Source: an uncultured Methanomicrobiales archaeon (lineage in GTDB: Archaea; Halobacteriota; Methanomicrobia; Methanomicrobiales; Methanospirillaceae). From it: a stretch of 64,000 nt of DNA. Below, one piece after another: positions 31,420 to 42,938 of this stretch (positions are counted from its first letter, which is position 1; each line of letters starts with the position of its first letter). A program made the position numbers and the translations under genes. The stretch covers positions 96,001 through 160,000 of the forward strand of contig CAVWXH010000002.1 in NCBI GenBank assembly GCA_963758915.1, given 5' to 3'. The notes under the pieces were generated by a model. That model was given only the letters and a program-made list of their open reading frames with translations. It was not told where the DNA came from and ran no database searches.

Positions 31420-31499
31420 TCCCGTGAAACGGGTGTTCTCTCACTACAACAGAAAATCATGGGTTCCGTTCCGGAAGTAGTACATAATATACCTTTTTA

Positions 31500-33824
31500 A
31501 TGGAAAAAAAGAAAGAGCCTGTGGGATTGTCATTGATGAATAATAACAGAATACTGATTGTAATTCTCATCATCCTGAACCTGATCGCCGTAGGGGCTGT
31601 GTCAGCATCGGGATATTACGGCAGTACTGCAGCCGTGAGTGATGACAGCGTTAAGTCATCAGGGGTAACGTATGCCCTCCTCGCCGGGGTGTCCACGTAC
31701 AAGATCCCCTCCAATAACCTGGATGGAGTGCAGTATGATACACCGCATATGAGAGATATGCTCATCAATGACTGCGGCTATTCCTCATCACGGATAACCT
31801 CCCTGCAGGATGGTCAGGCGACCAAGAGCGCTATCAGGCAGGCACTTATCCAGATGAGCGCCAGGGCAGGAAAAGACGATACGGTTGTTTTTTATTTCAG
31901 CGGGCATGGCTACGTATACCCTTCCGGGTACGGGACTTCGTACCTTGAACCGTATGATTCAGAGCTGGATTCAGTATATTATGATATTTCAAGTTCAGAA
32001 CTGAAACAATGGCTGGATGGCATCAGGTGCAAAAATATCCTTGTTATTATTGATGCCTGCGAAGCCGAAGGTATGCTGAAGGGTGGCGCGAAGGAGATGG
32101 TCACTACCTCGCAGGTGAAAGCCGGAAGTGATAAAACTCCAGTGAAAGACCGTTTTTCACAGAATTTCCTTGGTACATTTGAAAGCAGGGATAACCTCGT
32201 TCAAAGTTCCGGTGAGCAGCAGAAAGCCCTTAGCGGCAACCAGTATGTCGTACTGGTTTCCTGCAGGTCAGGTGAAGGCTCGTGGACAAATGCTCTTTCC
32301 GGCAGCTGGTTTACCACGTATTTCGTGGAGGGGATTGGTAACCCATCGGCAGATACGAATTCTGATACCTGGGTCTCGGCCGAGGAGGCCTTCAATTATG
32401 CCTCCCCGCTTACCACATGGAAACATTATGACCAGCACCCGGTGATCTACGACGGGGACCCGTCCCATGACCTCCTGATGGCCCGTTACGGGACATCGAC
32501 ATCTGGAACAATTGATATAATCTCGGTTCCGGCAGGTGCCAGTGTCTGGCTGGACGGGAAGATTACCGGCTACAAGACCCCTGTAACTCTGACCGGGATA
32601 TCAGCCGGAAGCCACACGGTCCGTTGCAGCATGACCGGGTATACCGATTCGTCCCAGGACGTGACGGTTACCGCCGGCCAGACCAGCAGCCTGACGGTAA
32701 CACTCCAGGGCCAGGGCCCGCTGGCAGGGACGATCTCGGTAAGTTCAACTCCGACAGGAGCGCGAATTTACCTTGACGGGACAGATACAGGGTACAACAC
32801 GCCACGAACATTCAGCAGAGTTACGGTGGGGAGCCACACGGTCCGTTGCAGCATGGCCGGGTATACCGATGCGTCCCAGGATGTGACAGTGACTGCCGGC
32901 CGGACTTCTGCGGTGAGGGTGTATCTTACCCGCCAGGCCCCGGTAACCGGATCAATCTCGGTCAGCTCGGTTCCGGCAGGTGCCAGTGTCTGGCTGGACG
33001 GGAAGATTACCGGTTACAAGACCCCTGTAACTCTGACCGGGATATCAGCCGGAAGCCACACGGTCCGTTGCAGCATGACCGGGTATACCGATTCGTCCCA
33101 GGACGTGACGGTTACCGCCGGCCAGACCAGCAGCCTGACGGTAACACTCCAGGGCCAGGGCCCGCTGGCAGGGACGATCTCGGTAAGTTCAACTCCGATG
33201 GGAGCGCGAATTTACCTTGACGGGACAGATACAGGGTACAACACGCCACGAACATTCAGCGGAGTTACGGTGGGGAGCCACACGGTCCGTTGCAGCATGA
33301 CGGGGTATACCGATGCGTCCCAGGGTGTGACAGTGACTGCCGGCCGGACTTCTGCGGTGAAGGTGTATCTTACCCGCCAGGCCCTGGTAACCGGATCAAT
33401 CTCGGTCAGCTCGGTTCCGGCAGGTGCCAGTGTCTGGCTGGACGGGAAGATTACCGGTTACAAGACCCCTGTAACTCTGACCGGGATATCAGCCGGAAGC
33501 CACACGGTCCGTTGCAGCATGACCGGGTATACCGATTCGTCCCAGGGTGTGACGGTTACCGCCGGCCAGACCACGGAAGTGGTACTGAATCTCCCTGTTC
33601 CGGGAGCTGCAACCGGCTCGATTTATATTACCTCTCTTCCTTCCAGGGCGTTGATATACCTGGATGGTAAATATCTGGGGGTATACTCCCCGACAACAAT
33701 CAATAAGGTAACTGCGGGGACTCACACGCTCCGGCTTACCAGATACGGGTACAAGGACTATACCAGTAGCATTACCGTTACTGCCGGGACCACCACCCCC
33801 GTTTCCGTTGTATTAACCCGGTGA
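31500..33824 (+). CDS. Secreted caspase-family (C14, metacaspase-like) protease with six PEGA domains
   Basis: Signal peptide, FYFSGHG (His) and IIDAC (Cys) dyad, QHP motif, S-x-P-x-GA-x-V/I-x-LDG PEGA repeats. Confidence 0.9.
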   Translation: MEKKKEPVGLSLMNNNRILIVILIILNLIAVGAVSASGYYGSTAAVSDDSVKSSGVTYALLAGVSTYKIPSNNLDGVQYDTPHMRDMLINDCGYSSSRITSLQDGQATKSAIRQALIQMSARAGKDDTVVFYFSGHGYVYPSGYGTSYLEPYDSELDSVYYDISSSELKQWLDGIRCKNILVIIDACEAEGMLKGGAKEMVTTSQVKAGSDKTPVKDRFSQNFLGTFESRDNLVQSSGEQQKALSGNQYVVLVSCRSGEGSWTNALSGSWFTTYFVEGIGNPSADTNSDTWVSAEEAFNYASPLTTWKHYDQHPVIYDGDPSHDLLMARYGTSTSGTIDIISVPAGASVWLDGKITGYKTPVTLTGISAGSHTVRCSMTGYTDSSQDVTVTAGQTSSLTVTLQGQGPLAGTISVSSTPTGARIYLDGTDTGYNTPRTFSRVTVGSHTVRCSMAGYTDASQDVTVTAGRTSAVRVYLTRQAPVTGSISVSSVPAGASVWLDGKITGYKTPVTLTGISAGSHTVRCSMTGYTDSSQDVTVTAGQTSSLTVTLQGQGPLAGTISVSSTPMGARIYLDGTDTGYNTPRTFSGVTVGSHTVRCSMTGYTDASQGVTVTAGRTSAVKVYLTRQALVTGSISVSSVPAGASVWLDGKITGYKTPVTLTGISAGSHTVRCSMTGYTDSSQGVTVTAGQTTEVVLNLPVPGAATGSIYITSLPSRALIYLDGKYLGVYSPTTINKVTAGTHTLRLTRYGYKDYTSSITVTAGTTTPVSVVLTR
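32522..33573 (+). repeat. Near-identical intragenic 444-bp repeat (two PEGA domains per unit), ~2.4 copies
   Basis: CTCGGTTCCGGCAGGTGCC at 32522, 32966 and 33410. Confidence 0.92.
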
Positions 33825-33971
33825 CCTAAACCCGGTGTTTCTTTTTTCCAGTCCTGAAAAGGCTGCTTCAGGCCGGCTGACACAAGAACCAGCTTCGGGT
33901 GGATACTACCCTGGTCCCAAGGGTACGACACCTGGAAAAATCTGTATTATTATTCCTGGTTTTACCTTACC

Positions 33972-34721
33972 TTAACGCTTGAATATAAAAATAAGGTTAA
34001 ACCCGACGACAATCATCACGAGCGCGAAGCTCACCCACAGCATCAGCCCCTGGTTACTCAGGAATACTGCCCATAGTAAGGCAACAAAGCAGATCAGGAA
34101 AAAAATTGCCCAGGTCCTTATGTTCATTGATGAAGTGGAAAGGGGGTCGGTACTCATGGACGAACCCTTCGCTGTTACCGGGCCGGGAACGCGGGAAGGC
34201 CGTCCTTTGATATGCTTTAAAAGCCCGAAAATAAGGAAACCAAGCGCTATAAGGGCTGCAATAGCGCACGTATAATACATAAAAATGAAAACCGGCTGAT
34301 CAGAGACAGATGTTATCAGGCCGACCAGGACAAACATCATACTCCATTCGCCCGGGTACAGCAGTTCACGCCAGTCCGTCTTATCCACCGGTTTTTCCTG
34401 CCCGGCAGTCCTGTTTTTCTCAACTGATGTGTTTATACTGGTAACAATTCCCGCCTGGCCGGAGGAGGGGGTGCCCCGTGATACAAAGGGATTTCTGTCT
34501 CTGCCACCGGATAGTTCCTGGGCTTTTTCAAAACATGAGATGCTCTCTTTTTTATTATTCACCCGGTTATAGGCCATCCCCAGGTTATACCATGCCTTGT
34601 CAGACCCGGGGTTGACTTCCAAAGCCCGTTTATAGCAGATAATGGCATCGATATAGTTCCCGCTCTGGTAATAATTATTCCCCTGTTCTTTCCAGAAATC
34701 GGAATCCTTAACTTTATCCAT
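33972..34721 (-). CDS. TPR repeat membrane protein
   Basis: WKEQGNNYY...YKRALEVNP..AWYNLG TPRs plus about 4 C-terminal TM helices. Confidence 0.82.
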   Translation of the reverse strand: MDKVKDSDFWKEQGNNYYQSGNYIDAIICYKRALEVNPGSDKAWYNLGMAYNRVNNKKESISCFEKAQELSGGRDRNPFVSRGTPSSGQAGIVTSINTSVEKNRTAGQEKPVDKTDWRELLYPGEWSMMFVLVGLITSVSDQPVFIFMYYTCAIAALIALGFLIFGLLKHIKGRPSRVPGPVTAKGSSMSTDPLSTSSMNIRTWAIFFLICFVALLWAVFLSNQGLMLWVSFALVMIVVGFNLIFIFKR

Positions 34722-35193
34722 TTGTTTTCCGGGCCCCAAGCTTACCTATGGCGTTTTATGCCGTGAATATAGAAAAAGATTCTGATTTGCAATTGAAAAC
34801 GCATATGGGAAAAATTCTGCTTCTGTTCCCTTGATCTGGCCCCTGCCGGTGCCGGGTCTGGTAATGCTCATTCCCCGGCAGTCCCTGTGTATGCCAGGTC
34901 TCTTCCACTGATGCGTCCTCAAATGTAACCGTGATTATTCCCCCCTTGTTGCGGAACAGCAAGGGACAAGGATTTTTTATACACGTATATGAATAATAAA
35001 TTATCCGTTATTGGTGAGCCCCGGGATCCCAAACCCTGTGTATCCGGGAAGGTGCCGGCATTTCATTGCGGGCGACCTTTGACGTACAGGTAAAGGAAGG
35101 ATCACCGGACTGATATCTTATTACCAATGGGTGGAATAGAAGTAAAATAGATCACAACCGGAAGGGTGACAACCAAAAGGGAATGGTGAGGAA

Positions 35194-37353
35194 ATGGTAC
35201 GGGAACTTAATATTTTGATTATTGATACTTCGCAGGATGAAGTAGACCTGCTTGTACATCAGATGACCAGAGAAGGGCTGAAAGTCCGCTATGAGCGGGT
35301 TGATAATGAACGCCAGATGGTTGCCACCCTTGGGCGGGAGACCTGGGACCTGATCCTCTGCGATTATTCGATGCCCGGCTTTGGGGCAGTAGCAGCATTA
35401 AAAGTCGTAAAGGAGATGGGCCTGAAGATCCCCTTCATTGTTATTTCAGCTGATGACAATGAAGAGACAGTTCTTTCAGTACTGAACTCGGGTGCCCATG
35501 ACTTCATGAAGAAAGGAAGCTACGCCCGCCTTGTACCTGCGATTATTCGGGAAACTGAAGCATATACCAAGCTGACGAAGGCATCCGATGAGGCAAAAAA
35601 GCAGAAGCAGCTCGCGTATACCATGATCATGCAGAACCCCATGCCCCTGATCATCTTTACAACAAAAATGGACATCAAACTGGCCAACGAAGCCTTCCTG
35701 ACACTTTGCGGATGGTCAGAGGAGCGCCTCCAGAAGATGAACCTGAAAGAGTTTAAGGTCCTGGAGAAAAGTGGCCATGGGATCCGGGAAGCTGTCGATA
35801 CAAAGAAAGGTGTTACCGGTGACGTTGTTGTCGAGTTCCCGACCGGAGTCAGGTATCTCGAACAGAACACTATCCCGCTCCTCGACCTGGCGGGTGAGAT
35901 AGTCAGCATGATGGCCACCTACAAGGACAACACGGAAAAACGCAGGATAGACCAATCAAAAAAGGAACTTGCGGATTTCACGGATGTCTATGTTACCAGC
36001 CTCTCATCGAACCTCGGGATGCTTGCGACAGGAAATCTCGGATTTGATCTTACTATTGCCACACCCAATGAAAACACAAGGGAAGCACATGCAAATTTCT
36101 CCGGGATCAATAATAACCTCGCGGATGTCCAGGGTGCCCTGACCCACATGATAGCCGATGCAAATATCCTTGCAAAGGCGGCAGTGGAGGGGAAACTCAA
36201 GACGCGTGCAGACGCCAGCCGGCACCTCGGAGATTTCCGTAAGATTATTGAGGGTTTCAACGACACCCTGGATTCTGTAATGGGCCCCGTAAACGAAGCG
36301 ATGCGCATGGCAAACGAGTTTGCCAAATGCAACTTTTCGACCCGTGTTGATGATACCCTTCACATGGACGGTGATTTCATCAAGTTCAAAGAGGCCCTCA
36401 ATAATACCGGTATTGAGGTCTCAAAAGCGGTCGACCTGATCAACCGCCAGATTATGGATCTTGCATCGAGTGCACAGGAAGCGAATGCCAGTATCGAAGA
36501 AGTGGCATCAGGCGCTGAGCATATTGCCAGGAACGCACAGGGTGTCAGTGAAAATGCAGAACGGGGTAATGAAGGGATCAGCCAGGTCTTGCGGGCGATG
36601 GAAGACCTTAACCAGACGGTTACGGATGTTGCACTGAAAGCTGAGCGGGTCTCACACCTTACCGAGAATGCAAATAACCTGAGCGTGAAAGGGACCGAAC
36701 TTGCAGCACAGGCCGAACGGGGTATGGTAAGTATTACCAATTCCTCCAACGAAGTTGACAAGATCATTGTCGACATCAAGGCCGAGATGGACAAGATCGG
36801 AAAGATAGTCGGCCTGATCAGTGACCTTGCGAACCAGACCAACCTGCTGGCCCTCAATGCCGCGATTGAAGCTGCCCGGGCAGGAGAAGCAGGCAGGGGC
36901 TTTGCGGTCGTTGCCACCGAAGTGAAATCGCTTGCCCAGGAGTCCCGTGCATCTGCACAGAACATCGCAGAAATGATCGGGACACTCCAGAAGAAGTCCA
37001 TGGCAGCCGGTGAAGCCGTTGCGTCATCAAACCGCGAGGTGAAAACCGGAAGTGAGGCACTCAGCCAGACGCTGCGCTCGTTTAACGATATTGTCCGTGC
37101 GATCGAGGATATCAGCAAGAACGTGGTGGAAGTCGCCAGCCTGAGTGAAGAGCAGGCAGCGACCGTGGAAGAAGTGACGGCAAGTGTCAACGAAGTGGGG
37201 CAGATGGTCCATGGGACTGCAAAAGGTGCAATGGATGCGGCCGCCGCTGCCGAAGAAGCCTCGGCATCAATTGACCAGATCACCAAAGTTGTGGGCAGTG
37301 TGAACCAGATCGTTGACAGCGTATCAAGAGAAATGTCCAAGTTCAAGATCTGA
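35194..37353 (+). CDS. Soluble methyl-accepting chemotaxis protein with N-terminal REC and PAS domains
   Basis: [13 protein letters not shown] domain, PAS, HAMP-like segments, [27 protein letters not shown] signalling tip; no TM. Confidence 0.93.
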   Translation: MVRELNILIIDTSQDEVDLLVHQMTREGLKVRYERVDNERQMVATLGRETWDLILCDYSMPGFGAVAALKVVKEMGLKIPFIVISADDNEETVLSVLNSGAHDFMKKGSYARLVPAIIRETEAYTKLTKASDEAKKQKQLAYTMIMQNPMPLIIFTTKMDIKLANEAFLTLCGWSEERLQKMNLKEFKVLEKSGHGIREAVDTKKGVTGDVVVEFPTGVRYLEQNTIPLLDLAGEIVSMMATYKDNTEKRRIDQSKKELADFTDVYVTSLSSNLGMLATGNLGFDLTIATPNENTREAHANFSGINNNLADVQGALTHMIADANILAKAAVEGKLKTRADASRHLGDFRKIIEGFNDTLDSVMGPVNEAMRMANEFAKCNFSTRVDDTLHMDGDFIKFKEALNNTGIEVSKAVDLINRQIMDLASSAQEANASIEEVASGAEHIARNAQGVSENAERGNEGISQVLRAMEDLNQTVTDVALKAERVSHLTENANNLSVKGTELAAQAERGMVSITNSSNEVDKIIVDIKAEMDKIGKIVGLISDLANQTNLLALNAAIEAARAGEAGRGFAVVATEVKSLAQESRASAQNIAEMIGTLQKKSMAAGEAVASSNREVKTGSEALSQTLRSFNDIVRAIEDISKNVVEVASLSEEQAATVEEVTASVNEVGQMVHGTAKGAMDAAAAAEEASASIDQITKVVGSVNQIVDSVSREMSKFKI

Positions 37354-37494
37354 AAAACCAAATCCACCCCCGGGGGCAGCTCGCAGGCCACCATGCAGGC
37401 ATTGGTCTGGCCCGCGGGATAGAACCCGGGCTTCGTATCCGGTTCCGTTACGGGCTCCCGTCCCCTGGCCCATCACCCGTTTTCTTCTTTTTTG

Positions 37495-37757
37495 GGCTTT
37501 GTTAAAACCACTTCGGTGTCATAAAAAATAAGAGGGAAATACGAAGACAGGAGGGAGTTTCACCCCCTCCCTGCCCCACCCCCATTAAGATATTCTTCGG
37601 GCAGGGTTTCGGCGAAGGCTCATTAAATTCAGAGTATTGGGGGATATCTCTATCCCAACCGGGGCGCCACAGCGGCGGGGCGGAGCCCCGGGAGTGTAGA
37701 TAAATTTCAGAATAATCAGGATTCCGGATGCCTAATATAGAGCTTTTCTACAGAGCC
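37495..37757 (+). mobile_element. MITE-like repeat copy (full length, ~260 bp)
   Basis: GGCTTTGTTAAAACC left end, ACAGAGCC right end, conserved internal core. Confidence 0.7.
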
Positions 37758-37801
37758 TTAAATGCCTGAAAGGCCAGCAATATGAAGAGATTTTGAACAT
37801 A

Positions 37802-37835
37802 GCATTTTCAATCGTCCGGGTGTGAACTTCCCGTT
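37802..37835 (+). repeat. 34-bp dispersed direct repeat, copy A
   Basis: GCATTTTCAATCGTCCGGGTGTGAACTTCCCGTT; one mismatch to 52341-52374. Confidence 0.8.
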
Positions 37836-38430
37836 TATGGGTGCACCACCCGAGCTTTTGTTACTTTCTCCCTGGTCCCTTGCCGGAAAATTCATGCAAA
37901 AGGGTGGCTTTCGCATTAAAGAGATGAAAACTGCTCCGCTCCTTGTCCCTGGTAACCCGTCATAAAAGAGCAGGGACTCTACCGGGCATACCAGCTGACC
38001 GTTATTCCAGCGACCTTAAGTAGAAAAAATAGCAGATGAATACGTATGTATGAGAGGTACAAATGCTCGATTTGCGGGAGGATATACGACCCTGTACAAG
38101 GTGACCCCTACGAGAATATCAGCCCGGGTACGGAATTTTCCTGTCTGCCTGCCGACTGGCGATGCCCGGTCTGCCGTGCGTTAAAAGAAAAATTTTTTCC
38201 GGAAGCGTGAGAACCGTGGGAAACCCCCCGGGATCCTGCCTGTTTTTTTGTAAACCCCGCCTGAATATTAGTTTCGGTAACAATGTCATGAGATGAAAAG
38301 GTTCATGTAATGTCGCCCCCTTAATCAGTTCATCAGAAGGCGAAGGAATGAGCTTTAGATTTTTACGTACCCCTGCATTGCATAACCGTCCCCCAACGAC
38401 CATCCCATACCCGGAGGGAGGGCCCATGAT

Positions 38431-40197
38431 ATGCCCGTGATACTCCCTAACCTTGGCAGGATGCTGGTCATCTACAAAGGGGCCTGGGGCTGGATAGCCT
38501 TATCCCAGTTATTCGTCCTCCTCGGGGCCACGTTCATGCTTCTTATCCCTGTCCAGATATCAGCCCTGATTGACAAGGGTGTCCTTGCAGGAGATATCGG
38601 CGTGGTTGTTGACAAAGCCCTTTTCATGCTCCTTTTTGCAATCCTCGCCGGGGCATTTTCAATGGCAAACCTCTACATCGCGGCAAGAGTCGGGGAAGGC
38701 ACGGCCCATTACCTCCGGAAGGAGGTATATAAGAAAATCCAGACGTTTTCATTCGGGAACCTTGACCGGAACCCTGTCGGGGAACTCCTTGTTAGGCTCA
38801 CGAGTGATATCTACCAGATCAACATGGCCGCCAGCTTTTCCATCCGTTTCGCTCTCTACGCCCCGTTTATGATCCTGGTCGCCCTGGTCTTCGTATATAT
38901 CAGCAGCCCTGACCTTGTATGGATTTTTATTGTCGTTATCCTGATAACGGCCGTGATGTTCGGTGTTATCTCGTGGCTGCTGCAGGGCCAGTACAAGGTC
39001 CGGCAGCAGAAGCTTGACAGGGTAAATAACGTGCTCCAGGAGGACTTCTCCGGTGTGCGTGTAATCAAGGCATTTGTAAGGAAGGATTACGAAAACAGCC
39101 GGTTTAAAGGGGTAAATGAAAACTTCAGGGCAGCTTCACTTTCACCCCTGCGAACGAGCGCATTCATTCTCCCCGCCATTTTCTTAATCCTCGGGCTTTC
39201 CAATGCCCTCGTTATCTGGTTCGGGGGATTGCAGGTCATTGCAGGGACGATGGGGGTTGGTGAAATTATTGCATTTACCCAGTATTTTTTCTTCATCCTC
39301 GCACAGCTGTGGATACTATCGTTTGTCATGCCGCAGATTATTTCGGCCGAGGCCTCGGCAGGGAGAATTGCAGGAATAATTGATACAAAACCCACCGTGG
39401 CGGATTCACCACAGGCGGCAATGCCGGGTACCGCCGGAATAAAGGGGAGAGTGGTGTTTGAAGATGTTTCATTCAGTTACGAGGGGGCAGGGGGTAAAGA
39501 GGCGATAAAGAACATTTCATTTACTGCAGAGCCCGGCCAGACCATTGCCTTTCTCGGTCCAACCGGTTCAGGAAAATCGACGCTTGTCAACCTTATTCCC
39601 CGGTTTTACGATGTAACATCAGGCCGGATCACCATTGACGGGACTGATATCCGCGATATCCCGCAGAACGAACTCCGGGGCATGGTGTATATCGCACTGC
39701 AGGAAAGTGTGCTCTTTTCAGGCACAATTAAGGAGAATATCGGGTTTGGAGGTACTGATATGCCCTATGACCAGCTCGTGGCAGCATCCAGGGCTGCAGA
39801 AGCAGATGGATTTATTTCAGCGATCCCTTCTGGATATGATTCCCACGTGGCCCGCCGGGGTGCAAATTTTTCAGGGGGCCAGAAACAACGTCTCTCCATA
39901 GCGAGGGCCATTGCCCCGAAACCCCATATCCTTATTCTTGATGACAGTACAAGTGCGGTTGATGTCGCGACGGAAAGTCGTATCCAGGCTGCCCTCGCGA
40001 CCATGATCCCCAGGACAACGCGGCTTATCGTCGCACAGCGGATCAGCACGGTCCTGATGGCCGATAAGATCATCCTCCTTGATAAGGGGGAAATTGTTGA
40101 GATGGGAAACCACCAGGACCTGATTGCCCGGAGTCCCCTGTACATGGAAATTTTCGAGTCGCAGCTTGGTGGTATTACGAGGGGGGATATCGCATGA
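38431..40197 (+). CDS. Heterodimeric ABC transporter subunit 1 (TM287-like)
   Basis: TMD+NBD; GPTGSGKS, FSGGQ, degenerate Walker B ILDD and switch AQR. Confidence 0.93.
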   Translation: MPVILPNLGRMLVIYKGAWGWIALSQLFVLLGATFMLLIPVQISALIDKGVLAGDIGVVVDKALFMLLFAILAGAFSMANLYIAARVGEGTAHYLRKEVYKKIQTFSFGNLDRNPVGELLVRLTSDIYQINMAASFSIRFALYAPFMILVALVFVYISSPDLVWIFIVVILITAVMFGVISWLLQGQYKVRQQKLDRVNNVLQEDFSGVRVIKAFVRKDYENSRFKGVNENFRAASLSPLRTSAFILPAIFLILGLSNALVIWFGGLQVIAGTMGVGEIIAFTQYFFFILAQLWILSFVMPQIISAEASAGRIAGIIDTKPTVADSPQAAMPGTAGIKGRVVFEDVSFSYEGAGGKEAIKNISFTAEPGQTIAFLGPTGSGKSTLVNLIPRFYDVTSGRITIDGTDIRDIPQNELRGMVYIALQESVLFSGTIKENIGFGGTDMPYDQLVAASRAAEADGFISAIPSGYDSHVARRGANFSGGQKQRLSIARAIAPKPHILILDDSTSAVDVATESRIQAALATMIPRTTRLIVAQRISTVLMADKIILLDKGEIVEMGNHQDLIARSPLYMEIFESQLGGITRGDIA

Positions 40198-41999
40198 CGG
40201 CGAGTACATCAGATACCCTGGCGAAGGTGGAGCCACCTAAAAACAAAGGAAGAATAAAATCCCTGGTCCGCGCTCTGCATTATCTCGGATTACAGAAATT
40301 CAGGTTTATCCTTGTAATTGTCCTGTTTCTCATCGGTACTGTCGGTTTTATTTCCCTGTCGGTAATGCTTGGGATTGCAGTCAACTCGTTGTCCGGGACA
40401 ACGGTTCCCGGGCAACTCATGCAGCTGGTCACCCTTATGGCCTGCCTTGCCCTGGTTAGCTTTGTTACGTATTATGCCGGGTTCCGGATACTGGCAGGTG
40501 TCACGCAGAATGCCCTGTTCAGGCTCAGGCAGGACCTCTTTGAACATACCCAGGAGTTATCGCTGAGGTTTTTTGACCGGCAGCCGATTGGGGAACTCAT
40601 GAGCCGGGTCACCAATGATATCGATGTTGTTACCGCGTTTTTCCAGCAGCCCCTCGGTACCCTGATCATGGGTATATTAATGCTGGTTACGACCCTCGTT
40701 GCGATGGTACTGCTTGACAGCCGGCTCGCCGTTATAGCATCGATTGCGATACCACTTCTTATCGGGCTGGTATGGCTGCTGGCACGGGTCGCAGGACCGG
40801 CTTTTTCACTCCTGCAGGAGCGGCTCGCAGACTTAAACGGGCTGATGGAAGAGACTATCGCCGGTGAAAGGACCATAATCGCGTACCGGCAGCAGGACAA
40901 GGTAACAGGAAAACAGGCGTTGGTTAGCGAAACTGCACGTGATACCGGGGCCAGGGCACAGATCCTTTCGCTCGTGATGATGCCGCTCACCGTGCTGGTC
41001 ACCAATATCAATATTGCCCTCGTTGCCCTGACCGGGTCTGTAATGATCATCAACGGGACATTAACCGTCGGGGTGCTGACCACCTTCCTCTCCCTGACCA
41101 TGATGTTTGTTCTGCCGCTTATGACCATATTTGCCAATTATAACTTTATACTGTCAGCCGCGGTGAGTGCAGGGAGGATCTTTTCAATCATGGATGAACA
41201 GCCTGATGTTCAAGACCGGCCTGATGCCGTGGAACTGAAACCCGTAGAAGGGCATGTCACGTTTAAGGACGTAAATTTCAGCTATGTCCCCGGCAGGCAG
41301 GTCCTGAAACACAACAGTTTCGAGGCCATGCCAGGCCAGATGATCGGGCTTTGCGGGCCTACCGGTGCAGGGAAAAGTACGATCATCAATATCCTCACCC
41401 GTTATTATGACATCGGGTCCGGGGCCATTGAAATTGACGGCCAGGATATTTATAGCGTAACACAGGCGAGCCTGCGGAAACAGATAGGGGTTGTCCTCCA
41501 GGAACCGTTCCTCTTCTCGGACACGGTAATGAACAACCTGAAATACGGCCGTGAGGGAGCCACCGACGAGGAGTGTATTACTGCTGCGAAGGATGCGAAC
41601 TGTGATGAATTCATTACCCGGTTACCGGACGGTTACCAGACCATTCTTGCAGATGGTGGCAGTAACCTCTCCCAGGGGCAGCGTCAGCTGCTGACTATTG
41701 CGCGGGCGATGGTTGCCAACCCGCGGATCCTCATCCTTGATGAAGCGACGAGTAATGTGGACACAAGGACTGAACGGAACATACAGGCCGCCATTCGAAA
41801 ACTCCAGGAGGGGAGGACAAGTTTCGTAATTGCCCACCGGCTCAGCACGATCCGCCCGGCACAACAGATCCTCGTAATCAATGATGGTGAGATTGTCGAG
41901 CGGGGCACCCATGATGGGATGATGAAGGCAAAAGGGTTCTATTATGACCTGTACATGAGCCAGTTCAAGGGAAGGATCGCAGAAATTATTCCGGCGTGA
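40194..41999 (+). CDS. Heterodimeric ABC transporter subunit 2 (TM288-like)
   Basis: TMD+NBD; GPTGAGKS, LSQGQ, ILDEA, AHR; ATGA overlap with subunit 1. Confidence 0.93.
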   Translation: MTASTSDTLAKVEPPKNKGRIKSLVRALHYLGLQKFRFILVIVLFLIGTVGFISLSVMLGIAVNSLSGTTVPGQLMQLVTLMACLALVSFVTYYAGFRILAGVTQNALFRLRQDLFEHTQELSLRFFDRQPIGELMSRVTNDIDVVTAFFQQPLGTLIMGILMLVTTLVAMVLLDSRLAVIASIAIPLLIGLVWLLARVAGPAFSLLQERLADLNGLMEETIAGERTIIAYRQQDKVTGKQALVSETARDTGARAQILSLVMMPLTVLVTNINIALVALTGSVMIINGTLTVGVLTTFLSLTMMFVLPLMTIFANYNFILSAAVSAGRIFSIMDEQPDVQDRPDAVELKPVEGHVTFKDVNFSYVPGRQVLKHNSFEAMPGQMIGLCGPTGAGKSTIINILTRYYDIGSGAIEIDGQDIYSVTQASLRKQIGVVLQEPFLFSDTVMNNLKYGREGATDEECITAAKDANCDEFITRLPDGYQTILADGGSNLSQGQRQLLTIARAMVANPRILILDEATSNVDTRTERNIQAAIRKLQEGRTSFVIAHRLSTIRPAQQILVINDGEIVERGTHDGMMKAKGFYYDLYMSQFKGRIAEIIPA

Positions 42000-42934
42000 A
42001 ATTCCTGCCGGTCAGAAAAGAGGTGAACAACCGCATGATCAGGGAAAAAGTTATCAGGAAACTCCGGGTAGTGCCGGGAAAGGGGATAAAACTAAAAAAT
42101 TTTGAGACCGGCTGGGCTCAGAACGAGGAATTGAAAGGTTACGATAAAGATACGGTAAAAGAACGGGCAACAGAGATACTCGAGGCGAACCGGCGAACAC
42201 TTGCCTCGTCGCAGGAGCTGCTCTGGGCTGATAACATCCATTCGGTACTGATTGTCCTGCAGGGGATGGATACGGCTGGCAAGGACGGGACGATCCGGCA
42301 TGTCATGTCGGGGGTGAACCCCCAGGGCTGCAGGGTCTGCAGTTTCAAGGTCCCTACCCCGGACGAGACAGACCACAATTTTCTCTGGCGGTACAGCCGT
42401 GACCTTCCCCGCCGGGGGGAGATCGGGGTCTTCAACCGCTCATATTACGAGGATGTCCTCGTCGTGAAGGTGCACCCGGAACTGCTGGAGGGCCAGCAGC
42501 TCCCTTCCGGAAAGCGGGGAGAAAAATTCTGGAACGCCAGGTACGAGGATATAAACGCATTCGAACGCCACCTCGGGCGAAACGGCACGGTCATCCTTAA
42601 ATTCTTCCTCCATATCTCAAAAGATGAACAGAAAAAGCGTATCCTGGACCGCCTCGAAACAGAGGAAAAATACTGGAAATTCTCACTTTCCGACCTTGCG
42701 GAGCGGGCGTACTGGGATGCCTACCAGAAGGCTTATGAAACAATGTTTGCAAAAACAAGCACGGATACAGCTCCCTGGTATATTATTCCCGCAGATTACA
42801 AGTGGGTGGCAAGGACCCTTGTGGCCGATATCATCTCCACCCGGATCCGGTCACTTGACCTGAAGTACCCGGTGTTATCGGCAGAACAGTTGAAAGCGGT
42901 TGAATCCGCCCGGGAACAACTGAAAAAAGAGTGA
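41996..42934 (+). CDS. ppk2: Polyphosphate kinase 2 family protein
   Basis: [26 protein letters not shown] and APWYIIPAD motifs; start may be ATG 42035. Confidence 0.93.
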   Translation: MKFLPVRKEVNNRMIREKVIRKLRVVPGKGIKLKNFETGWAQNEELKGYDKDTVKERATEILEANRRTLASSQELLWADNIHSVLIVLQGMDTAGKDGTIRHVMSGVNPQGCRVCSFKVPTPDETDHNFLWRYSRDLPRRGEIGVFNRSYYEDVLVVKVHPELLEGQQLPSGKRGEKFWNARYEDINAFERHLGRNGTVILKFFLHISKDEQKKRILDRLETEEKYWKFSLSDLAERAYWDAYQKAYETMFAKTSTDTAPWYIIPADYKWVARTLVADIISTRIRSLDLKYPVLSAEQLKAVESAREQLKKE

Positions 42935-42938
42935 GCAG

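Noticed and set aside
37802-37835. The 34-bp repeat as a CRISPR repeat (reverse complement contains ATTGAAA)
   Set aside because: Only two copies 14.5 kb apart, no spacer array and no cas genes.
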